From Burkholderiales bacterium (GTDB lineage: Bacteria; Pseudomonadota; Gammaproteobacteria; Burkholderiales; Burkholderiaceae_C): DNA of 43,746 bases. The translations under genes were made by a program, and so were the position numbers. The stretch is taken from NCBI GenBank assembly GCA_017302485.1, contig JAFLDI010000001.1, positions 1 through 43,746 of the forward strand, given 5' to 3'. Position 1 is the stretch's first letter, and each line of letters starts with the position of its first letter. The notes under the pieces were generated by a model. It was not told the origin of the DNA. It was given only the letters and a program-made list of their open reading frames with translations, and did not search any database. This document shows, piece by piece, positions 1 through 7,274 of the stretch.

Positions 1-68
1 CCGCGGCGCTCGCCGCGTCATGGCGCGAGGCGCTGAAGGCGCGGGTCCCGCAACTCAGCTTTCGTTGA
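1..68 (+). CDS. possible 3' end of a gene entering the window (...AALAASWREALKARVPQLSFR*)
   Basis: Open frame from position 3 to TGA at 66-68, convergent with nnrS. Too short to assign. Confidence 0.3.
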   Translation, partial: AALAASWREALKARVPQLSFR

Positions 69-123
69 TCGTCGGGCCGCACACGGCCCTGCGACGTCGA
101 CGTCGACCGAGACTTCTCGGCCG

Positions 124-1443
124 TCAACGCTTCTCGATTGCGGCAATGATCGGTGACCGGGACGAACGCGAGCGGGCTCTGGGCGGTTGGCCCAGCCAGC
201 GGCCATGCCGCAGCAGCCAGAACGCGGTCACGAAGCTCCAGGCCACGGCGGCTGCAGGCAGCCAAACCGAAGCGGCCTGCGGCCAGAGCAAGGCGCATAG
301 CCGGGCGAGCACGGCGGTCTGAAGCACCACATAGAGCAGGCGAGCGACACCGTCGATCGCGCGGGCGATTCCCTGGTGCGCGGCGCTTACGCGTGTCGCC
401 ATGGTCAGCAAGGTGCCGCCCAGGTAACCCATGCCCAAGGCGTGCAGGCCGGCGAGTCCGAGCCGCCTGGCGCTCTCATCGGACAACGCGGGGAGTGCCG
501 CAGCCGTCAACAGCAGCAACGCCAGCAGCCACCACAAGGCCGCGCCGAAGAGCATCCTCAGCATGGGCGTGCGCATCGCGGGGTGTCCCACCCAGCAAAG
601 TGTGAGGCCAGCACTGGCGACGCACACGACGACCAAATGGCCGAAGCCAACGAACCGCAGCCACGGGGGCAGCGGGGCCATGTTGGGCAACAACGCACCG
701 ACCACCTGAACAGGGACGAGCGATACCAGCAGCCACAGCGGCCAATGGGGCCAGCCTCGATCCAGCGCCGGCCACAGGCCATCGCCGAGGAATGGAAGCA
801 TGCGATGCGAGGCCGCCACGAACACCAAGACGGGTCCGCACCACAACCCGGCCTGTGCCAGAGGCTGCAGCCACTCCACGCAACCGGTGGCCAATGCCAG
901 CGCTGCGGCCAAGAGTGTCAGCGCCATGGCTGCCATGGCGATGGTGATCAGAGCGACGTGCACGCGCTCTCCGGAGCGACCCGTGCGCAGCAGGGCCAGC
1001 GCCCGTTCGACCAGAAGCGACTTGCCAATCGCAGCCGCGAGCAACATGGCCGCAACGGCTCGAGCGTCCACCCCGGCAAGCGGCAGTGCCAGCAGCCAGC
1101 CTGCCGAAAACAATCCCACTCCCACGCAAAGCTGGCGCGTGTCGATAGGGGTGGTATGTAGCCACCGCGGACCTGCGGTGAACACGAAGCCGGCCACGAA
1201 CAGGGGCATGGCGCCCAGGCTGAACCAGAGTCCGTGCCACGCCACCAAAGGCACCAGATGCTGAGAATCACCGGCGCGTGGCCCAGCGAGCAACTCGGCT
1301 GCCCACCAGCCGGCGCTGACCGCCCACTGCACGCCGGCCCAGAAGAAGCACAGCCGATGGGGCGAGCTGAGCAGCCGTTGGGCACGCCAGCTTGGCGCGC
1401 GGGTCGACTCGGCTGCAGCGGCCTCAGGGGGCGGAAAACTCAT
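124..1443 (-). CDS. nnrS: NnrS family membrane protein (copy 1)
   Basis: About 12 hydrophobic segments. PHRLCFF N-terminal motif, WHGLWFSLG, and LHALGMG...MATRVSAAHQG match the NnrS pattern (LHAL...MxTRvslGHtG). The start overlaps the upstream stop. Confidence 0.8.
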   Translation of the reverse strand: MSFPPPEAAAAESTRAPSWRAQRLLSSPHRLCFFWAGVQWAVSAGWWAAELLAGPRAGDSQHLVPLVAWHGLWFSLGAMPLFVAGFVFTAGPRWLHTTPIDTRQLCVGVGLFSAGWLLALPLAGVDARAVAAMLLAAAIGKSLLVERALALLRTGRSGERVHVALITIAMAAMALTLLAAALALATGCVEWLQPLAQAGLWCGPVLVFVAASHRMLPFLGDGLWPALDRGWPHWPLWLLVSLVPVQVVGALLPNMAPLPPWLRFVGFGHLVVVCVASAGLTLCWVGHPAMRTPMLRMLFGAALWWLLALLLLTAAALPALSDESARRLGLAGLHALGMGYLGGTLLTMATRVSAAHQGIARAIDGVARLLYVVLQTAVLARLCALLWPQAASVWLPAAAVAWSFVTAFWLLRHGRWLGQPPRARSRSSRSPIIAAIEKR

Positions 1444-2156
1444 TCAGCAGACGCCAGACCCACGTCGGCCAGCCACCGCCGCCAGGCCAGAGCCGCCTGC
1501 CGAGCCAGTGTGCCGGACCGGGCCGCCGTCTCGGCGCGCAACGCGGGCACGTCGACGCCGGTCTGGGCAAGTTCCAGCGCGTGGCCCACCAGCCATCGCT
1601 CGAACGTGGCACTGTCCAGTTCGGGATGGCATTGCAGGCCCAGCACATGCTGCTGCCACCGGTAGGCCTGATGCCGGTACGACGCCGTGCTGGCCAGCAG
1701 CTGAGCACCTTCGGGCAGGTCGAAGGTGTCGCCGTGCCAGTGCAGCATCGAGGTCAACCTGCCGGCCAGCGGAGCCAGGGCCGAAACGCGCCCCGCAGCG
1801 CTCAGCTGCAGCGGCGTCCAGCCGAGTTCCTTCGAAGGCCCTGGGTACACGCGAGCGCCCAGCGCGGCGGCGATCAGCTGAGCTCCCAAGCAGATGCCGA
1901 GCGTGGGCCGACCGGCCAGCATACGCGTTCGCAGCCATCCGATCTCGTGCGCGAGCCAGGGGTAGGCGGCGACCTCGTAGACACCGATGGGGCCGCCCAA
2001 CACCACGACCAGGTCCGGGGCGACGGGATCGACATGGGCCAGATCCGGACTCCAGCCGTCCAGATAGTGGGGCGCGATGCCGGATTGGTCCAGAACGGGA
2101 GCGAGGGTGCCGAGGTCCTCGAATGCGACGTGCCGGATGGCGAGGCTGCGTGTCAC
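1440..2156 (-). CDS. class I glutamine amidotransferase-like protein (GuaA-like, standalone)
   Basis: IRHVAFEDLG, VVLGGPIGVY, GICLGAQL nucleophile elbow, WHGDTF and LQCHPE triad motifs. GTG start at 2156 follows a GGAG. Confidence 0.85.
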   Translation of the reverse strand: MTRSLAIRHVAFEDLGTLAPVLDQSGIAPHYLDGWSPDLAHVDPVAPDLVVVLGGPIGVYEVAAYPWLAHEIGWLRTRMLAGRPTLGICLGAQLIAAALGARVYPGPSKELGWTPLQLSAAGRVSALAPLAGRLTSMLHWHGDTFDLPEGAQLLASTASYRHQAYRWQQHVLGLQCHPELDSATFERWLVGHALELAQTGVDVPALRAETAARSGTLARQAALAWRRWLADVGLASAE

Positions 2157-2193
2157 GATGAAACCGGCTCCCGAGGTCTGGGGGCTGAGGAGG

Positions 2194-2432
2194 TCATGGC
2201 ACCGCCGCCTGCCGCGTGCGGCCCAGAAACCCCGAAACCAGCCCAAGAAGCGCCGTGCACCAGGCCGCCACCGCGATCGAGAGGAACATGCGCGGAACGG
2301 CATCGAGGAACCCGATCCCCATTGCCTCGATCATGCGCTCCGTGCTCGCAGCGTACCTGCTGAGCGGGAGCAACGCGCCCCAGTAGAACGTGCATAGCGC
2401 AGCGGAAGGCGCCGGTAGGCACGGCGCCACAG
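2194..2432 (-). pseudogene. frameshifted C-terminal remnant of a TDT/SLAC1 (tellurite resistance/dicarboxylate transporter) family gene
   Basis: One frame reads LWRRAYRRLPLRYA. After a 1-nt shift near 2390 it continues FYWGALLPLSRYAAST...FLDAVPRMFLSIAVAAW, which resembles the TDT C-terminal W..VFPLGMY region. No N-terminal part is present. Confidence 0.55.
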
Positions 2433-2490
2433 CGCCGTGCTCGTGGTGAAGCGTCGTGGGAGTGACTCTCCATGTTTCAACGACGCCGGC

Positions 2491-3678
2491 TCAGGTCGAC
2501 TTGACCGTCTGAAGTGACGATTGCGAGCGGTACAAGGCGGCCACCAGGTCCGACTGGGTCACCATGCCGGAGAGCCGGCGCTGCGCGTCGACGACGGGCA
2601 AGTGGTGCATGCCCTCGTCGGAGAGCCTGGGCACCAGCTCGACCACTGCGTCTTCCTCTGTCACGGTGTGCACGGGGCTGGTCATGATCTGCCCGACGAC
2701 CTCGGCCTTGTCGGAGTAATCGCCCGGCGTGGGCGCCAACAGCTTGCGGATGCGCTGCCCCAGGCTCAGGTGATCGCGCGGGTCCAGCCGGGCGTGCTTG
2801 AGGAAGTCCACCAGTGTGACGACGCCGATCACCCGCCGGGCACGGTCCACCACGGGCAGCGCCCGGATGCGGTGGCGGTGGAGCAAGGTCCAGGCTTCCT
2901 GCAGCGGTGTGGCGAATTCAACCGTGACCAGATCGCGCGACATGATGTCGGCGCAGCGCACCTTGCCGAACTGCCGCTCCCAGGCCAGCCCCTGGGCGTG
3001 CCGCAACACCTGTTCCAGCGACTGGCTGTCGATGTCGAACAGCTCATTGAAGCTGCGCAATGCGGCGTCCAGGTCGTCGGTGGTCATGCCGATGCGGTCC
3101 TGCGGCGCCGCATCGGCCGTGCGATGGCGGTTGGCATGGACCACCGGATGCGGTGCCACGTGGTTGTGCGTCAGGCGCCGCCAGACCAGCGCGCACGCGA
3201 CGAGCATTGCCGAGTTCAACGCAATCGGCGCCAGCGCGAACCCGTATCCCAGCTGGTGCACCTCGGCGCCACCCACCACCGCCGTGAGGGCCACCGCGCC
3301 GCCTGGCGGATGCACGCAACGCAAGGGGAACATCAGCGCCAGTGCCAGGCCGGCGGCCAGCGCAGCGGCCACGGGCGAGGCGCCCATGGTGCGGTAGATG
3401 AACACACCGACCAGCGCGGCCGTGAGATTGCCCACCACCGCCGGCCAGGGCTGGGCCAGCGGGCTGCTGGGAACGGCGAACAACAGCACCGCCGAAGCGC
3501 CCATCGGCGCGCCGAGCCACACCGAGTCGGCCCCCCACGCCCACCAGCTGAAGCCACCTGTCAGCAGAAGCCCAAGCACGGCCCCCGCAACATCGCGCGT
3601 TCGCTCGCGGGCATCGACGGTCTGCCGCTGGAAGCCCAGCCACAGCAGCCCTCGGCTGTTTTCCAGCAGATTCTTCAT
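2491..3678 (-). CDS. HPP family membrane protein with C-terminal CBS pair
   Basis: APMGASAVLLFAVPSSPLAQPW and CVHPPGGA (HPP motif), then two CBS repeats (DIMSRDLVTV...LPVVD; QIMTSPVHTV...LPVVD). Confidence 0.9.
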   Translation of the reverse strand: MKNLLENSRGLLWLGFQRQTVDARERTRDVAGAVLGLLLTGGFSWWAWGADSVWLGAPMGASAVLLFAVPSSPLAQPWPAVVGNLTAALVGVFIYRTMGASPVAAALAAGLALALMFPLRCVHPPGGAVALTAVVGGAEVHQLGYGFALAPIALNSAMLVACALVWRRLTHNHVAPHPVVHANRHRTADAAPQDRIGMTTDDLDAALRSFNELFDIDSQSLEQVLRHAQGLAWERQFGKVRCADIMSRDLVTVEFATPLQEAWTLLHRHRIRALPVVDRARRVIGVVTLVDFLKHARLDPRDHLSLGQRIRKLLAPTPGDYSDKAEVVGQIMTSPVHTVTEEDAVVELVPRLSDEGMHHLPVVDAQRRLSGMVTQSDLVAALYRSQSSLQTVKST

Positions 3679-3740
3679 CGTCGCGCAGGGAGTCAGGATG
3701 GTCCAGACGCGTGACTATCCCACGAAAGTTGTCCGGGGCC

Positions 3741-4007
3741 CTATTGGACCCGATCCACGATCATCGACTTCGCGATGGCGATGCCGGATCTCAACGCGCC
3801 CGCAGCCGTCGCGTCCTCGGTCACGTACTCCGCCGACTGTTCATGAGGAGCGTTGGCGGGTGCATGCACCACCACCTGCACATAGCTTCCAGAACCATTG
3901 GCAATGGTTCTGGCCCTGACCTCGAAAACGCAGCCCCAGTGGGCCGACTGCGCGTACGCATGCTGGGGCGCGTCCGACGCGAGGCATTCGTCTGTGCGGG
4001 GGCTCAT
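3741..4007 (-). CDS. hypothetical protein, 88 aa
   Basis: ATG at 4007 overlaps the DUF3079 stop (ATGA) and the ORF fills the gap before the HPP gene. No recognisable motif. Confidence 0.5.
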   Translation of the reverse strand: MSPRTDECLASDAPQHAYAQSAHWGCVFEVRARTIANGSGSYVQVVVHAPANAPHEQSAEYVTEDATAAGALRSGIAIAKSMIVDRVQ

Positions 4008-4249
4008 TGCGCGGGAGGGGGCTCGGTCCCCGTTACAGCACCCTGCACAGGGACAGTCTCGGCGCCAGCGCCTGCCGGCGGCTGCGGGTGGGTTCCCCAA
4101 CTCTCCCAGTCCGCTCCGAAGAGTTCGGACGGATGAAGAGTGGCCACGCTCCCGTTCCCGCACATCATCGAATCGGCCGCACAGTACCGGTCGCATCCCC
4201 AGCAGATCCGCTCAGGATGCGCAGGCTTCACCGGGAACCGCTTGCTCAT
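4004..4249 (-). CDS. DUF3079 family small Cys-rich protein
   Basis: MSKRFPVKPAHPERICWGCDRYC...CGNGS..TLHPSELFGADW matches the family pattern. Confidence 0.85.
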   Translation of the reverse strand: MSKRFPVKPAHPERICWGCDRYCAADSMMCGNGSVATLHPSELFGADWESWGTHPQPPAGAGAETVPVQGAVTGTEPPPAQ

Positions 4250-4259
4250 CGCGCGGCCG

Positions 4260-5225
4260 CTACCCTTGCCGTGCAAGCGAACTGTCGAACTGCGGGAACA
4301 GCACTGTGTTCTCCAGTTGAATATGCTTCTGCAGGTCTTCGGCAAAAGTCTTCGTTGCCGTGCAGAGCCGAACCCATGTTCTGCAGGCGCCCGCCGGCGG
4401 CGTGGCTTGCCGCGTCAGTGCCATCAGCTGCGTCAGCCGGTGGGCGTGTTCCTCATGCTCCGACATCATCACGCAGATGGGGTGGGTCACGAAGGAGCTT
4501 CCGCCTCGCGCCAGCATCGGAAAGAGCACGCCTTCTTCCTTGGCCATGTGATCCAGCAATTCCGAGTGCATCTGCTGCAGAAGCACGGTCAGACCCCGCG
4601 GCACGTCCGGATGATCCGCATGGACGGATTCCACCTTGGTTGCCAGCTCGATCAGTTCGGGCAGCTGCTGACGGTGGACCTCGTGGAAGCGCTGCAGGAT
4701 GTACTCGATCAGCGCCGAAGGCTCGGTGGGTTCTGTCTTGCCGGCCGCGCCGCCGGGTTCGGGTGTGCCGCCTTCAGAGAAACGCGACTCGACCCGCTCG
4801 ATGTTCTGACGATGGGCCTGCAGCATCGCCTCCAGGTCTGCGCGTGCTTGCGGGACATCCAGCCGGGGGAGCAAGGCTTCGAGCTTTCGCACGACCCAGG
4901 CTTGACCCCGATTGAGGAACTGCAGGCGATCCTCGACATCGGCGATTGCCATGGCCTTGCCATGGAAGGCGCCCGTCGCGCTCGAAGGCGTGGCGCCGAG
5001 GGACTTGATCGTCCGCATCAGCATGCCGCACCAGTGCACTTCGTCCTTGTGAATGTCGGCCACCAGGGCGGCCAGCTCCTGTGAGTGGATCTCGCGGCCT
5101 GTCTCCATGGCCACGCGCGCTCCTGCGCGCTCGGCTTCGAGCAGTTCATTGAGCGCGGCCAGCAACTCGACGCGAGCGGTCTCATCGAGCGAGGGCCGAT
5201 TCCGCTGCGGTGAATGTGGATCCAT
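4260..5225 (-). CDS. fusion of a ferritin-like (DUF6306-type) domain and a RIC/YtfE-like hemerythrin domain
   Basis: N-terminal LNELLEAERAGARV...DEVHWCGML...FLNRGQAWVVRKL. C-terminal LIEYILQRFHEVHR...HMAKEEGVLFPM...EHEEH...HIQLENTVLFP, plus the PPAGACRTW loop typical of RIC. Confidence 0.8.
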   Translation of the reverse strand: MDPHSPQRNRPSLDETARVELLAALNELLEAERAGARVAMETGREIHSQELAALVADIHKDEVHWCGMLMRTIKSLGATPSSATGAFHGKAMAIADVEDRLQFLNRGQAWVVRKLEALLPRLDVPQARADLEAMLQAHRQNIERVESRFSEGGTPEPGGAAGKTEPTEPSALIEYILQRFHEVHRQQLPELIELATKVESVHADHPDVPRGLTVLLQQMHSELLDHMAKEEGVLFPMLARGGSSFVTHPICVMMSEHEEHAHRLTQLMALTRQATPPAGACRTWVRLCTATKTFAEDLQKHIQLENTVLFPQFDSSLARQG

Positions 5226-5244
5226 GACTTCTTAACCTCGTTGT

Positions 5245-5751
5245 CTAGGCGATGAGGGCCGTCCGCGCACCCGCAGCAGCGGACTGGCAGAACAGGGGAA
5301 ACAACACCTCGTCCTCGAGGCGGATGTGTTCGGCCAGCTCGCGGGCGAAGTCGTCGGCGCCTTGGATGAGCTGGATCAGCGTCTGTTGCGCCGCGCCCGT
5401 CGCATCGGTCGCGCGAAGTTGGCTCTGCAACTCCTGTACGGCCGGCAGATGCTCGCCGTGCTCTCGATGCAGATCCTCGATCAGGCGCCCGATGAGCGTG
5501 TTGCCGCCCTGTTCCATCATCGGGAAGAGCCGCATCTCCTCCTTGAACATGTGCTGCTCGAGCGCATTGCCGATCGAGGCCAGTTGCTCGACCACGCCGA
5601 CATGGAGACCGAGCGCGACGGCCTGGCTGGCCAGGGGCAGCAACTGCGCAAGCGATCGCCGATGGGTGTCGTGGTAGCGGGTCTGGATGTGCTCGATCAG
5701 TGTCGCCGCCTGGGCGGCAGGATCGATGCGAGAAGCGTGTTCAGCGGGCAT
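5245..5751 (-). CDS. hemerythrin (HHE) domain protein, RIC-like without ScdA_N
   Basis: LIEHIQTRYHDTHR, HMFKEEMRLFPM, EHGEH and HIRLEDEVLFP di-iron ligand motifs. Confidence 0.85.
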   Translation of the reverse strand: MPAEHASRIDPAAQAATLIEHIQTRYHDTHRRSLAQLLPLASQAVALGLHVGVVEQLASIGNALEQHMFKEEMRLFPMMEQGGNTLIGRLIEDLHREHGEHLPAVQELQSQLRATDATGAAQQTLIQLIQGADDFARELAEHIRLEDEVLFPLFCQSAAAGARTALIA

Positions 5752-5789
5752 GGCCGGGCCAGTCTGGGCGAGCTGGCGACGTTGCAACG

Positions 5790-5803
5790 TTGACGCAAGT
5801 CAA
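5790..5803. promoter_or_regulatory. FNR/DNR-type box TTGAC-GCAA-GTCAA
   Basis: Perfect 5-4-5 palindrome close to TTGAT-N4-ATCAA, in the divergent hemerythrin/narK intergenic region. Confidence 0.8.
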
Positions 5804-5827
5804 CAGCCCGGGCAAAACCGCCCGGAA

Positions 5828-5843
5828 TAGTTCTTCAGAACTA
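5828..5843. promoter_or_regulatory. NarL-type 7-2-7 site TAGTTCT-TC-AGAACTA
   Basis: Perfect inverted heptamers with a 2-nt spacer, each 6/7 to TACYYMT. narXL lie in the same cluster. Confidence 0.65.
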
Positions 5844-5955
5844 TGTACCGGCGTGGCCCCATCGTTCTTCTGCCGTGCCGCCCCTAGCCACCGGTCGGAT
5901 GGTCACGGACATCGGCCGGGCGGACAGTCTCGCCAACCCCGGTCGAGTCAGCATC

Positions 5956-7257
5956 ATGGCTTCCCATACCAATCCCACCGCCATCCCAGCCGTTATCCCA
6001 CGCCAGGCGTGGTCCGTGCTCGTCGTGAGCACGCTGGCGTTCACCGTCTGCTTCATGGTCTGGATGATGTTCGGCGTCATCGGGATTCCGCTGAAGAAGA
6101 CTCTGGGCCTGTCCGCTACCGAGTTCGGCCTGCTGACCGCCACCCCGGTGCTCACGGGTTCGCTGATCCGCGTGCCCCTGGGCATCTGGACCGACCGCTA
6201 CGGCGGCCGCATCGTGATGGCGCTGCTGATGGCTGCCACGGTGCCGGCGATCTGGCTGATGAGCTACGCCACCGCCTACTGGCACTTCCTGGTCATCGGC
6301 CTGTTCGTGGGTCTGGCGGGCGGCTCCTTCTCGGTGGGCACGCCCTATGTGGCGCGCTGGTTTCCGAAGTCCCGACAGGGCATGGCGATGGGTGTGTACG
6401 GTGCCGGCAACTCCGGTTCGGCCGTCAACAAGTTCGCTGCGCCGGTGCTGCTGGCCATCGGCGGCTGGACGCTGGTGCCGCAGGTCTACGCCGCGGTGAT
6501 GCTCGGCACCGTCATCCTGTTCTGGCTGGGCAGCGCCAGCGATCCCAAGCACAGGGTGCCGTCGAGCGTGAAGTTCACCGACCAACTGAAGATGCTGAAG
6601 GACCCCAAGGTGCTGAAGTACTGCCAGTACTACAGCATCGTCTTCGGTGGCTATGTTGCGCTGGCCCTGTGGATGGTGCAGTACTACGTGGGCGAGTTCG
6701 GCCTGTCGATCCAGGCCGCCGCCCTGCTGGCCGCCTGTTTCAGTCTGCCTGGTGGCGTGCTGCGCGCTGTGGGCGGGATTCTCTCTGACAAGTTCGGCGC
6801 CCATCAGGTCACTTGGGGGGTGCTTTGGGTCAGCTGGGTGTGCCTGTTCCTGCTGAGCTACCCGCAGACCGAGTTCACGGTGCTCACCGTCAACGGCCCC
6901 CGCACCTTCCAAGTGGGCCTGAACGTCTACGTATTCACAGCGCTGATGTTCATCCTGGGCATCGCCTGGGCCTTCGGCAAGGCCAGCGTCTTCAAGTACA
7001 TCGGCGACGACTACGCCGGAAACATCGGCACCGTCAGTGGCATCGTGGGCCTGGCAGGTGGCCTTGGGGGCTTCGTGTTGCCGATCCTGTTCGGTGCATT
7101 GATGGATCTGACCGGCATCCGCTCGAGCGCCTTCATGCTGCTGTACGGCGTGGTTTGGGTCTCGTTGATCTGGATGTACTGGACCGAGGTGCGCAAGACC
7201 GAAATGATGGGCCGCAACGCGCCCGCATCGCCCCTGTCGCGCAGCTTCGCGCGCTGA
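5956..7257 (+). CDS. narK: nitrate/nitrite MFS transporter, NarK1 type
   Basis: 12 TM MFS with conserved Arg in LIRVP and VLRAVGG, and GLAGGSF/GAGNSG nitrate-signature regions. Confidence 0.9.
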   Translation: MASHTNPTAIPAVIPRQAWSVLVVSTLAFTVCFMVWMMFGVIGIPLKKTLGLSATEFGLLTATPVLTGSLIRVPLGIWTDRYGGRIVMALLMAATVPAIWLMSYATAYWHFLVIGLFVGLAGGSFSVGTPYVARWFPKSRQGMAMGVYGAGNSGSAVNKFAAPVLLAIGGWTLVPQVYAAVMLGTVILFWLGSASDPKHRVPSSVKFTDQLKMLKDPKVLKYCQYYSIVFGGYVALALWMVQYYVGEFGLSIQAAALLAACFSLPGGVLRAVGGILSDKFGAHQVTWGVLWVSWVCLFLLSYPQTEFTVLTVNGPRTFQVGLNVYVFTALMFILGIAWAFGKASVFKYIGDDYAGNIGTVSGIVGLAGGLGGFVLPILFGALMDLTGIRSSAFMLLYGVVWVSLIWMYWTEVRKTEMMGRNAPASPLSRSFAR

Positions 7258-7274
7258 GGGCAAGGAGAACTCTC

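Noticed and set aside
92-107. Short tandem repeat CGACGT-CGACGT-CGAC between convergent genes
   Set aside because: Too short for significance in high-GC DNA, with no U-tract or array structure.
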